This document shows, one piece after another, positions 43,801 to 52,893 of a stretch of DNA of 54,153 bases; within the stretch, counting starts at the first letter, position 1; each line of letters starts with the position of its first letter. The notes beneath the pieces were generated by a model that was given only the letters and a program-made list of their open reading frames with translations, searched no databases and was not told the DNA's origin. Made by a program: the position numbers and the translations under genes. The stretch comes from a bacterium (lineage in GTDB: Bacteria > Patescibacteriota > Minisyncoccia > Sungbacterales > GWA2-42-14): the NCBI GenBank assembly GCA_030649305.1, contig JAUSFV010000005.1:1-54153 (forward strand), in the 5' to 3' direction.

Positions 43801-46479
43801 ATGTCAATACTCTCTTCCATTTTTGGCGATTCGAACGCGCGGGTAGCGAAGGCGTTTGAGCCGTTGGTTTTGCGCATTAACTCGTTTGCGGAGGAGTACG
43901 AGGCGCTTTCGGATGCCGAGCTTCGCGGAAAAACCGGTGAATTTAAAAAGCGTCTCACTAATGGCGAGACGCTTGACGATATTCTGCCCGAAGCATTCGC
44001 GGCAGTACGCGAAGCGGCACGGCGGACTTTGAAACTCCGCCATTTTGACGTGCAGCTCATCGGAGGTATTGTCTTGCATCAGGGAAAAATCGCCGAGATG
44101 AAAACAGGTGAGGGGAAAACGCTTGTTGCAACCCTGCCGTTATATTTGAATTCGCTTACGGGAAAAGGGTGCCACTTGGTGACCCCGAACGATTATTTGT
44201 CGCGCGTTGGCGGCGGATGGATGGGTCCCGTGTACACGGCGCTTGGTGTTTCGGTTGGCGTAATCGCGCACGAACTTTCCGGAATCTATGACCCATCGTT
44301 TCAGGACCCGCATTCGCATGGTGATACGCGATTGGAACATTGGCGCCCCGTGAGCAGGCGTGAAGCGTATGGGGCAGATATCACGTACGGTACCAACAAC
44401 GAATTCGGGTTTGATTATCTTCGCGGCAATCTCGCGTATTTTTTTAAAGATGTAACACAGCGAGAGCATCACTTTGCCATTGTGGATGAAGTTGACGCTA
44501 TTTTAATTGATGAAGCGCGTACTCCGTTGATTATTTCAGCTCCCGATACCGAGTCATCGGAATATTTCGGAACGTTCGCAAAAGTTGTTCCGCACTTAGA
44601 AGAAAATACGCATTACAATGTGGACGCGAAATTCAAAGCGGTCACGATTACAGAGGAGGGGATTGAAAAAGTTGAAAAATTGCTTGGCGTAAAAGATTTG
44701 TATGCCGAAAAAGGATTTCGCTATGTGCGCTATTTGGAGCAGGCCTTGCGGGCGCAAGCGCTTTTTCTGCTTGACCGCGATTATGTGGTCAAAAACGGCG
44801 AAGTAATTATCGTGGATGAGTTTACGGGGCGTCTTATGCCGGGCAGGCGATGGTCGGAAGGATTGCATCAGGCGATTGAAGCAAAAGAGGGGGTTCCTGT
44901 ACAGAAAGAATCGCGCACACTTGCCACGATTACGTTTCAGAATTATTTCCGCATGTATGAAAAATTGGCGGGGATGACGGGAACCGCCGAGACTAGTGCT
45001 GAGGAATTTTCAAGTGTATATCGCCTGGACGTGGTAACAATTCCGACGCATCGGCCCATGGTACGTCTTGATTCGGGAGACTTGATTTTTCGTACGGAGA
45101 AGGGAAAATTCATGGCTTTGGTTCGTGAGATCAAAGAGCGGCACGAAAAGGGACAACCCGTTCTTATCGGTACGGTTTCTATTGAAAAAAATGAGCGCTT
45201 ATCGGCGCTTCTTCAGCGCGAGGGCGTTTCGCACGAACTTTTAAATGCAAAAAATCATGAGCGTGAGGCATTGGTGATTGCGCAGGCGGGGCGCAAGGGT
45301 GTGGTGACTGTGGCAACAAACATGGCGGGACGCGGGGTTGATATTATTTTAGGCGGGACTCCCTTAGACCCCGCGGAGGCGGAAGAGGTGCGGGGGCTTG
45401 GGGGTCTGCACGTTATCGGTACTGAACGCCATGAGGCGCGCCGGATTGATAATCAGCTCCGCGGTCGCGCCGGCAGGCAGGGCGACCCGGGGTCATCGCA
45501 ATTTTTTGTATCGCTTGAGGACGACCTTATGAAAATTTTCGGGTCTGACAGGGTTAAGCGGATGATGGAATCATTCGGCATTCCCGAGGACCAATCTATT
45601 GAAAATAATATCGTTTCAAAAGCGCTTGAATCAGCACAAGCAAAAATTGAAGGGTTTCATTTTGACGCACGAAAACACGTATTGGAGTATGACAACGTAA
45701 TGAACAAACAGCGCGAGGCGGTCTATAGGATGCGGAAAGAAATACTTGTTGCATCGGGGATTCAGGACTCCGATTTACAAACACCGCGGGAGCGGATAAC
45801 GGAGATGATTCGGGAGGAAATTGCGCGGATGGTTGATGTTCATACCGCCGGGTATCGCTCCGATTGGAACACGGAAGAAATTTTTGAGGAGATGAAAGCA
45901 ATTGCGGGTGTTGCGAATGAGACGCACGCGCGCCTTGAAGCAATCCGTGAGGAGGGAGGAGACGAAGAAACAGCGCGAGAAGATATGAAAGAATATCTTT
46001 TGGCAACGTTGCGGGCGTCGTATGATATAAAAGTTACAGCAGTAGGGGAGGAGGGTATGAAAAATTTGGAGAAGGTAACGCTTTTACAGACGATTGATAT
46101 GCTCTGGATGGATCATTTGGATACGATGGCGCATTTACGGGATTCCGTGCGTCTTCGCGCCTATGGCCAGCGCGACCCGTTAGTGGAATATAAAAACGAA
46201 GGGGTGAAGTTGTTCCGCGAATTGCAGGTCGCAGTTCGCGCGCAAGTCGTGAATACGATATTTAAAGTAGGGCTTACGCAGGAGCAAACAAATAACCACC
46301 AACATCACCATCATGCCCCGAATTTGATTTTTAAGTCGTCAGAAAACCAGCCGTCAGTTTTTGGTAACAACAAGCAGGAAGCTGGGAGCAGGAAGCCGGA
46401 AGCTGCCAGTGGGCCTGGCCGTAACGACCCCTGTCCATGCGGGTCAGGGAAGAAATATAAAAAATGCCACGGTAAATAA
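43801..46479 (+). CDS. secA: Preprotein translocase subunit SecA
   Basis: EMKTGEGKT, VDEVDAILIDEARTPLIIS, ATNMAGRGVDI, QLRGRAGRQGDPG; SEC-C motif GRNDPCPCGSGKKYKKCHG. Confidence 0.98.
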   Translation: MSILSSIFGDSNARVAKAFEPLVLRINSFAEEYEALSDAELRGKTGEFKKRLTNGETLDDILPEAFAAVREAARRTLKLRHFDVQLIGGIVLHQGKIAEMKTGEGKTLVATLPLYLNSLTGKGCHLVTPNDYLSRVGGGWMGPVYTALGVSVGVIAHELSGIYDPSFQDPHSHGDTRLEHWRPVSRREAYGADITYGTNNEFGFDYLRGNLAYFFKDVTQREHHFAIVDEVDAILIDEARTPLIISAPDTESSEYFGTFAKVVPHLEENTHYNVDAKFKAVTITEEGIEKVEKLLGVKDLYAEKGFRYVRYLEQALRAQALFLLDRDYVVKNGEVIIVDEFTGRLMPGRRWSEGLHQAIEAKEGVPVQKESRTLATITFQNYFRMYEKLAGMTGTAETSAEEFSSVYRLDVVTIPTHRPMVRLDSGDLIFRTEKGKFMALVREIKERHEKGQPVLIGTVSIEKNERLSALLQREGVSHELLNAKNHEREALVIAQAGRKGVVTVATNMAGRGVDIILGGTPLDPAEAEEVRGLGGLHVIGTERHEARRIDNQLRGRAGRQGDPGSSQFFVSLEDDLMKIFGSDRVKRMMESFGIPEDQSIENNIVSKALESAQAKIEGFHFDARKHVLEYDNVMNKQREAVYRMRKEILVASGIQDSDLQTPRERITEMIREEIARMVDVHTAGYRSDWNTEEIFEEMKAIAGVANETHARLEAIREEGGDEETAREDMKEYLLATLRASYDIKVTAVGEEGMKNLEKVTLLQTIDMLWMDHLDTMAHLRDSVRLRAYGQRDPLVEYKNEGVKLFRELQVAVRAQVVNTIFKVGLTQEQTNNHQHHHHAPNLIFKSSENQPSVFGNNKQEAGSRKPEAASGPGRNDPCPCGSGKKYKKCHGK
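46372..46405 (+). repeat. 7-bp tandem repeat (RAGCNGG x5) in the SecA C-terminal linker
   Basis: aagcagg aagctgg gagcagg aagccgg aagctg. Confidence 0.7.
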
Positions 46480-46515
46480 AATATTAATTGATTATTATCA
46501 GGTAAACATTTCAAT

Positions 46516-46917
46516 ATGGAAAACGTACAAGAAAATATTGAAAAAGACGCGCAGCATTCCTATCAACACTATAAAGAGTTGGGCGGTATTATTAATGAAA
46601 AAGATTATCAAAGCGCTCTTGACCGTGCTAAAAATATTATGATATCAGATAACGAATTTGCGATTTCGCAAGTCAACGTGATGGCGCGCACATCCGGCAT
46701 TACGTTACATAATTCGAAAGACGCATCGGATCAAAGGATTATATTATATGGAATATTACGTACCGATTTTAAGTCCAAAGAAGAAGCTGAATACCATCAC
46801 GCTGATATGTCTAATCAGAAGTTATTTGCTGAAGTATTAAGAATGTTAGGAGATGAGGATTCGTTAAAAAAATTAATTGAAGCGCATCCTCATATTTTTG
46901 ACTCAACAAACAAATGA
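46516..46917 (+). CDS. Hypothetical protein (AT-rich)
   Basis: 133-aa open frame; no recognised motif. Confidence 0.7.
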   Translation: MENVQENIEKDAQHSYQHYKELGGIINEKDYQSALDRAKNIMISDNEFAISQVNVMARTSGITLHNSKDASDQRIILYGILRTDFKSKEEAEYHHADMSNQKLFAEVLRMLGDEDSLKKLIEAHPHIFDSTNK

Positions 46918-46961
46918 ATCACACAACATTTGAGATATTTGCATAGCCGTTTTACGAAAGT

Positions 46962-47534
46962 ATGAAAATTATATTAGGGTCACAATCGCAATCGCGAAAA
47001 AAAATCCTTGAAGACATGGGGTATGAGGTTACCATGATGCCGTCACACATTGATGAGAAACAAATCCGGTTTGAGGACCCGAAGAAATTGACACTTGCCT
47101 TAGCGCACGCGAAAGCGGCGGCACTTCTTCCTCGTATTATGGAGCCTGCCATTTTGATAACTGCCGATCAGGTTGTGGTGTGGCGCGGCATCATTCGGGA
47201 AAAACCGGAAAACACGGAGGAGGCAAAATCATTTCTCCGGAGTTTCCACGAATCCCCCCAAGAAACCGTCGGGGGCGTTGTAGTTACCAACACAAAAACC
47301 CGCAAGCAGTTTGATGGAGTTGATGTCGCAAAAATTTGGTTTCGCCGGATTCCCGATGAGGTCATTGTGCGCTATATTGAAAGCGGAGATCCTTTTTTAC
47401 ACGCGGGCGGTTTTGACCACCAACACCCGATCATTAATGAATTTGTGGAGCGCATTGAGGGTGAAAGTGAAAGCATTATGGGCTTGCCCGTAGCACTTAC
47501 AAAACGGCTTATACAAGAAGCAACCGAAGTATAG
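46962..47534 (+). CDS. maf: Maf-family nucleotide pyrophosphatase
   Basis: IILGSQS..RK.IL, IDEK.IR, AKA, ITADQVV, EKP and IMGLP motifs. Confidence 0.93.
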   Translation: MKIILGSQSQSRKKILEDMGYEVTMMPSHIDEKQIRFEDPKKLTLALAHAKAAALLPRIMEPAILITADQVVVWRGIIREKPENTEEAKSFLRSFHESPQETVGGVVVTNTKTRKQFDGVDVAKIWFRRIPDEVIVRYIESGDPFLHAGGFDHQHPIINEFVERIEGESESIMGLPVALTKRLIQEATEV

Positions 47535-47544
47535 ATTCCCAATA

Positions 47545-47580
47545 CAACATTCTAACATTCTGCAGAATGTTCGAATGTTG
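47545..47580. repeat. 36-bp near-perfect palindrome, third copy of the fba/murE element (intergenic)
   Basis: caacattctaacattctg|cagaatgttcgaatgttg; one mismatch. Confidence 0.92.
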
Positions 47581-47590
47581 CGAAAAGTGT

Positions 47591-48136
47591 ATGATGAATC
47601 CGTTTTCTGAAAATCTCATATTTTTTGATACCGAATTTTCGGGTCTTAACCCGTATACAGGCGAGATTCTTTCTATTGGTATGGTGAAAATGAATGGAGA
47701 GGAATTATATTGCGAACTTGAGTACGAGGGCGAAGTGAGCGACTGGGTGAAAACAAAACTTTTGCCGGAATTAACAGCTCCGAAAGTGAGCCGCAAAGAA
47801 GGGGCGGAACGCATTTTGGCGTTTGCCGGAGACACAAAGCCCTATCTTATCGCGTATGTCATGGAGTATGACACAGCGTTTTTATATAAATTGCTTGGCG
47901 TAAACAATCAAAAAGGAAACCGCGATTTGCCGTATCATTGGATTGTGCTTGATTTCGCTTCAATGCTCTTTGCGCTTGGCAAAAACCCCACAGATTTTCC
48001 GAGTCAGGATAAGGTAGCTCTTGCAAAGGAACTCGGCATTGATATCGAAAAATATCGCACGCATCACGCGCTTGATGACGCAAAACTTTTGCGGGAGGTA
48101 TATTTAAAACTTTTTCATAATAACATGATACAATAG
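47591..48136 (+). CDS. DEDDh 3'-5' exonuclease/exoribonuclease
   Basis: FFDTEF, YDTAF and HHALDDA motifs; start set at ATG 47591. Confidence 0.88.
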   Translation: MMNPFSENLIFFDTEFSGLNPYTGEILSIGMVKMNGEELYCELEYEGEVSDWVKTKLLPELTAPKVSRKEGAERILAFAGDTKPYLIAYVMEYDTAFLYKLLGVNNQKGNRDLPYHWIVLDFASMLFALGKNPTDFPSQDKVALAKELGIDIEKYRTHHALDDAKLLREVYLKLFHNNMIQ

Positions 48137-48250
48137 CCGTTGAGGAGAGATTTTTTGTGGGCGGAGGGTGCCATTATGCAAGCGCGGGAGTGTTTTGATG
48201 GTGAGATTCCGGAGGCAGGGAAAGGGTGCTGGTATTGTGCGTATGTTTAA
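48137..48250 (+). pseudogene. Probable C-terminal remnant of a PD-(D/E)XK (RecB/Cas4-like) nuclease gene
   Basis: Reads ...W.EGAIMQARECFDGEIPEAGKGCWYCAYV*, resembling the C-terminal CxxC tail of this family; no start. Confidence 0.45.
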
Positions 48251-48275
48251 GTTAGAAATTATTAAGTGATTTCGT

Positions 48276-48302
48276 CCGATCGCGTCCCACGGGCGCGATC
48301 GG
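48276..48302. repeat. Palindrome ccgatcgcgtccc-ac-gggcgcgatcgg
   Basis: GC-rich near-perfect hairpin in an intergenic spacer. Confidence 0.7.
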
Positions 48303-48337
48303 GGGGCTATAGGGGTGCGGGATGAAGAAATATCAAA

Positions 48338-48346
48338 TTATCCACA
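48338..48346 (+). promoter_or_regulatory. DnaA-box consensus TTATCCACA
   Basis: Exact 9-mer; isolated. Confidence 0.4.
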
Positions 48347-48431
48347 GGCTCTTTTGTATTTGTAAGATTGTCAAAAAACGGTATAATCAAATCAGCAGAG
48401 AAGGTAGTATAGGCACTATATAGCTAGTATT

Positions 48432-48665
48432 TTGGATAATAAGAAACTCATTCCAATTATCATACTATCGGTTCTCGTCGTGGGCGGAATCGGCTTTTGG
48501 TATTGGTCGCGCAAGAGCGGACCTATTGAAACAGGTGCCGTTGAAACGGCTAAAAATGTAAGTGAATCGGTTCCAGAAATTCAAACCAATCTTGGAGAAA
48601 AAGTTCCGGAAATAAATCCCCTTGATCGGGCAAATCCTTTTAAATATATAAACCCGTTACGATAA
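48432..48665 (+). CDS. Small membrane-anchored protein with NP(L/F) repeats
   Basis: TTG start, N-terminal TM, INPLDRANPFKYINPL tail. Confidence 0.7.
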   Translation: MDNKKLIPIIILSVLVVGGIGFWYWSRKSGPIETGAVETAKNVSESVPEIQTNLGEKVPEINPLDRANPFKYINPLR

Positions 48666-48669
48666 AACT

Positions 48670-51600
48670 ATGAAGGCCTCAACAATCACAAACCGGACAT
48701 TTATAGCCGCGAGTATACTGATACTTTCTGTTTTGATAAGTATGGCAGTCATCCATGTTCAGGCGGCCGCAAATGATTCTTCTATACAGCTTAAAAAAGA
48801 CCCGAGTTCCGGATTATTCACCCTGACGGTCAGAGACCCCGACGGCATTCAGGAATTTTCGCTTTCTCCCGTGGGCCAATCTCGATACGGCGGGGGATTA
48901 AGCGGATGCAATAAAACTTTTTCTAACAATAATGTGCTTTTGGATTCCGATGGTTTTGTGCCGATGATGCCCGCCTATGTTATTGATTGCAACAATAATA
49001 CAACCGAGCTTGAAATTCTTCCTCCTGTGAATGGGGTAACGAATAGCAAAGCGGTGAAAAAAGAAGTGCCGCCGCCGCCACCTCCGCCGCCTCCTCCACA
49101 AGAAGAGCAGAAAGAGGGTCCTCTTTCGGCAGAAGACATCCAATATCCGGTATCCGAGCTGGGCAATTGCCAAAGCGATACCGAATGCCGTTCGTATTGC
49201 GATAATGCTGATCGTGCCAAAGCATGCTTCACATTTGCGAAAAAATATCATTTGATTTCCGAAGAGGAGGCCGAAGAAGCGGCTGATAAATTTTTGAACG
49301 TAAAAAATGGGCCCGGCGGATGCAACTCAGGTTCTTCATGTGAAGATTACTGCAATAGTGTTGATCATCTTGACGCGTGCATCGCCTTTGCTGAGGAAAC
49401 CGGGTATTACTCGCCCGAAGAGCTCGTGGAAGCAAGAAAATTTCAGGCGCTCGTAAAAGCCGGTACGAAATTCCCCGGTGGCTGTAAAGACAGAAACACC
49501 TGCGAGATTTATTGCGGTGATTCCAACCATATGGAGGAGTGTTTGGATTTCGCCGAAGAGAGCGGTTTTATGCCCAAAGAAGAGGTTGATGAGGCAAGAA
49601 AGTTTATGACATTGATGCGGCAGGGTGAGAGTCCGGGCGGCTGTACTTCAAAAGAACAATGTGAGAATTATTGTTTTGAGGAAAACCACACAGATGAGTG
49701 TATCACTTTTGCCGAAAAAGCGGGCGTTATGAGTGCGGAAGAAGCGACGATGGCAAGAAAAGTTGGAGGCAAGGGGCCGGGTGGCTGCAGGAGCAAAACG
49801 CAATGCGAAGCATATTGTGAAGCCAATTCCGAAGAGTGTTTTAATTTCGCACAGGAACATGGACTTATTAGCGAGGATGATCTTCAGGAAATGCGCGAAG
49901 GAATGGCGCGCTTCCGTGAGGAGCTCGATAAAATGCCTCCCGAAGCGGTTCAATGCATGAAGGACGCGGCTGGAGAAGAAAATTTCAACAAGATGCTTGC
50001 GGGAGAGCCGGTTTTTGACCGAGGTATAGAAGGAAAGATGAAGTCCTGTTTTCGCGAGCTAACTTCCCAGGTGAGCCAACAATTTAATACTCTTCCGCCG
50101 GAAGCCGTTCAATGCATTAAAGATGTTATCGGCGAAGAAGGTTTGCAGAAACTGCAATCGGGTGAGTTTACCGATGATATTGATTTCAGCACTTTGGAGG
50201 GATGCTTTCAGCAATTACAATCGTCATTTGGCGGAGGGCCGGGTGGCCCTGGCGGTTCGGGTGGCTTTGCCGGTCCCGGCGGATGCAAATCAATTGATGA
50301 GTGTACCGCGTATTGTCAGTCCCACATGGATGAATGTCAGCAGTTTGCTCCTCCGGGAGGTGGTGAATTTCCGTCAGGTCCTGGCGGTCAAGGAGGATTC
50401 AGCGGACCGGGCGGCTGTACCAATCCGGAAGAATGTCAGACGTATTGCCAATCTCATCAAGAAGAGTGTAAAAATTTTAGCCCGCCGGGCGGCGGCGGAT
50501 TTCCGGGTAGCGGTGCCGTGGGAGGTCAATTTCCCGATGGTGTTTCAGGAAGTGAAGGCGAACAGGGTGGATTTTCTGAATGCGGTATTGTCGCTGGCGC
50601 AGTTGCCGAATACGTTTGTGCCGTTAATGGAAGAGGCGCTCCTTCAGGAGTGGAAACGACATATTTTAATGTATGCCACGCTAAACAGCATGGCGCAGAG
50701 ATTCTTCATGATAGCGGATGTAAAGGGCATAATCCTTGTTCTGATATTGCCGATCCAGTTTGCGGCAATGACGGAAATTCATGGGTCAGCGCCTGCCACG
50801 CCGAAGAAAAGGGCGGAGGAGTAAAACATAAAGGCGTTTGTACGAGTGAAGATCTTGGCGGGTCAGGAGGATCCGGCAGTAGTAGCGGCTTTAGCGGTCC
50901 GGGCGGATGCCAATCTCAAGAAGAATGTGAAGCGTATTGCCAGGCGCATCCAACGGAATGTGGTGTAATGCCGCCTCCTCCTCCAACGCAAAGCTGTGCC
51001 CCGCTTCCATCAGGTTTGGTGAGTTGGCTGGATGATGATGATACATTTTCGTCAAATACGGCGAGTGGTGTTGCCCTCGCTCCGGGAAAAGTTGGGAACG
51101 CGTTGAAATTTAACGCGTCCGGCGGATACATTAAAGATGAAAATTCGGAAAAATTAAACTTCGGGACCGGACCATTTTCATTGGAAGCTTGGTTCAACTG
51201 GGACGGCGGCGGGTCGTCCAAGGGCAATATCATCAGAAAAGCAAATTATCCGGTGTCGGGCGACGGGGCTGGATATTGGCTAGCTATAGGCAAAGATAAG
51301 AGCGTGCTGGAATTTTTCTCAGGAGAAACTGTCGGTAACCCCGACAAACCCAGAGGAAACGTTTCTTTGCCCATTCGTTCCGAAGTTTGGTACCACGTCG
51401 CCGCTACAAGAAATGGCAACGGCACAATGAGTTTGTATATAGACGGCCAGTTAAAAGGCACCGCTGAGGCGGCAGGTGCCGATACGACAAGCCCAGCCCC
51501 GTTTACACTTGGGGCGTGGGACGATAGATTCGGAATCACAGAACTTTTCTCCGGTCTGATTGACGATGCTTCCGCATACAATAGGGCGCTAAGTACCTCC

Positions 51601-51876
51601 GAAATCCAGGCCATTTTTAATGCGGGTAGCAATGGCAAATGCACCAGCTCATCAGAGTCACAATATCAACAACCGTATCAGCAAAGCCAGCCGTTGCCAG
51701 GTTTTATTGGACCGGGTGGTTGCACAACACCTGAAGAATGTACGACATATTGCATGGCAAATTATCAGGATCCGGCATGCCAGCAGTTCGGCCCGGGTTC
51801 GCAGGCTGATCCGCTCAATAAGGGATTTTTTGCAAGAATCCTGGATGCATTCGGACCTCTTTTGGGAATTCGATAA
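48670..51876 (+). CDS. Secreted Cys-rich protein: nine PGGC-x5-C-x3-C-type repeats, two Kazal-like domains, LamG-like lectin domain
   Basis: Signal peptide (VQA); poly-Pro; PVCGNDG..W.SAC Kazal motif; FSLEAW, WYHVAAT, LYIDG and IDDA..YNRALS LamG motifs. Confidence 0.9.
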   Translation: MKASTITNRTFIAASILILSVLISMAVIHVQAAANDSSIQLKKDPSSGLFTLTVRDPDGIQEFSLSPVGQSRYGGGLSGCNKTFSNNNVLLDSDGFVPMMPAYVIDCNNNTTELEILPPVNGVTNSKAVKKEVPPPPPPPPPPQEEQKEGPLSAEDIQYPVSELGNCQSDTECRSYCDNADRAKACFTFAKKYHLISEEEAEEAADKFLNVKNGPGGCNSGSSCEDYCNSVDHLDACIAFAEETGYYSPEELVEARKFQALVKAGTKFPGGCKDRNTCEIYCGDSNHMEECLDFAEESGFMPKEEVDEARKFMTLMRQGESPGGCTSKEQCENYCFEENHTDECITFAEKAGVMSAEEATMARKVGGKGPGGCRSKTQCEAYCEANSEECFNFAQEHGLISEDDLQEMREGMARFREELDKMPPEAVQCMKDAAGEENFNKMLAGEPVFDRGIEGKMKSCFRELTSQVSQQFNTLPPEAVQCIKDVIGEEGLQKLQSGEFTDDIDFSTLEGCFQQLQSSFGGGPGGPGGSGGFAGPGGCKSIDECTAYCQSHMDECQQFAPPGGGEFPSGPGGQGGFSGPGGCTNPEECQTYCQSHQEECKNFSPPGGGGFPGSGAVGGQFPDGVSGSEGEQGGFSECGIVAGAVAEYVCAVNGRGAPSGVETTYFNVCHAKQHGAEILHDSGCKGHNPCSDIADPVCGNDGNSWVSACHAEEKGGGVKHKGVCTSEDLGGSGGSGSSSGFSGPGGCQSQEECEAYCQAHPTECGVMPPPPPTQSCAPLPSGLVSWLDDDDTFSSNTASGVALAPGKVGNALKFNASGGYIKDENSEKLNFGTGPFSLEAWFNWDGGGSSKGNIIRKANYPVSGDGAGYWLAIGKDKSVLEFFSGETVGNPDKPRGNVSLPIRSEVWYHVAATRNGNGTMSLYIDGQLKGTAEAAGADTTSPAPFTLGAWDDRFGITELFSGLIDDASAYNRALSTSEIQAIFNAGSNGKCTSSSESQYQQPYQQSQPLPGFIGPGGCTTPEECTTYCMANYQDPACQQFGPGSQADPLNKGFFARILDAFGPLLGIR

Positions 51877-51901
51877 AAAATTATCAAAAGTTCTGATTCT
51901 T

Positions 51902-51932
51902 AAAAAGCCCATCCTTCGCGGATGGGCTTTTT
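51902..51932. terminator. Intrinsic terminator
   Basis: aaaaagcccatcc-ttcgc-ggatgggcttttt. Confidence 0.8.
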
Positions 51933-51957
51933 GCGTCTGAAACGATATAATGAGTAT

Positions 51958-52890
51958 ATGATGTCCCTTGTTCAAAACTGGTTTCTTATCACGATTGCGG
52001 TGTATGTCCTGCATACCGTCAATGTCGTGATTGATAAATTTTTGCTCGGCAGAAGAATTGACCGTGCGTCGGTGTACGCGTTTTTAAGCGGTATCTTGAG
52101 CGTGTTTGTCCTTGTACTTTTGCCGTATGCCTCCTCGGCGTTTCCTTCAGGCGTCGTTGTAGGATATTCCTTGCTTGCGGGTTTTGCATTTGTGTTTGCC
52201 CTTTATTTTTATTCATACGCCATTCAGCATGACGATGCGTCGCGCGTAGCACCTCTCATTGGCGGTATTGCTCCTCTTTTTGTTGTGTGGTTTTCGTGGC
52301 TTCTTTGGAGCGAGAAGCTGAATGGAAATGATCTTTCGGGATTTCTCCTGCTTGCGGGAGGCATGATCGTGCTCGCACTTTCCGGTTTTTTGAAAGATTC
52401 GTATACGCTCAAAGAGTTTGGCGCGACTCTTGTGTCGGCATTTCTCTTTGCGGTTTCATATTTTTTTGCAAAGGCAACGTTTAATGAGGTCTTGTTTATC
52501 GATGGTGTTATCTGGATCCGAATGGGTGCATTTTTCGCATCCCTCCTATTTCTTGCGTCTCCCGCGGTCAGAAATTTTTTTCGTAGTGAACAAAAAAACC
52601 TGCTTTGGGGGAGTACGGGGGCGTTACTTCTTGGAAACAAGCTTTTGGGCGCCCTTGCTCTCCTTTTTTTGAATTACGCCATTGCTTTAGCACCGCATGT
52701 GGGTATTGTGAATGCTTTGCAGGGCATTGAATTTGTTTTAGTGTTTTGTGCCGCAACTGCTCTTTCGCACTGGTATCCCGCGATTCTTGAAGAAAAGCTG
52801 ACAGTGCCGGTTTTGGCGCTCAAAACGATTGCAATTCTTCTCGTAGGTATCGGCGTATTTTTTATCGCGCGTCCTCTCATTCATATATGA
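51958..52890 (+). CDS. EamA/DMT-family transporter
   Basis: About ten TMs in two repeats; V.DKF.L, SRVAPL motifs. Confidence 0.85.
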   Translation: MMSLVQNWFLITIAVYVLHTVNVVIDKFLLGRRIDRASVYAFLSGILSVFVLVLLPYASSAFPSGVVVGYSLLAGFAFVFALYFYSYAIQHDDASRVAPLIGGIAPLFVVWFSWLLWSEKLNGNDLSGFLLLAGGMIVLALSGFLKDSYTLKEFGATLVSAFLFAVSYFFAKATFNEVLFIDGVIWIRMGAFFASLLFLASPAVRNFFRSEQKNLLWGSTGALLLGNKLLGALALLFLNYAIALAPHVGIVNALQGIEFVLVFCAATALSHWYPAILEEKLTVPVLALKTIAILLVGIGVFFIARPLIHI

Positions 52891-52893
52891 TAA

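Noticed and set aside
48134-48250. Stop-codon recoding (TAG readthrough) or alternative genetic code
   Set aside because: TAG, TAA and TGA all terminate well-conserved genes at their expected ends in this window; the in-frame continuation is better explained as a remnant.
21279-48346. Replication origin suggested by DnaA boxes
   Set aside because: Only two isolated boxes 27 kb apart; no cluster, no dnaA/dnaN and no unwinding repeats.
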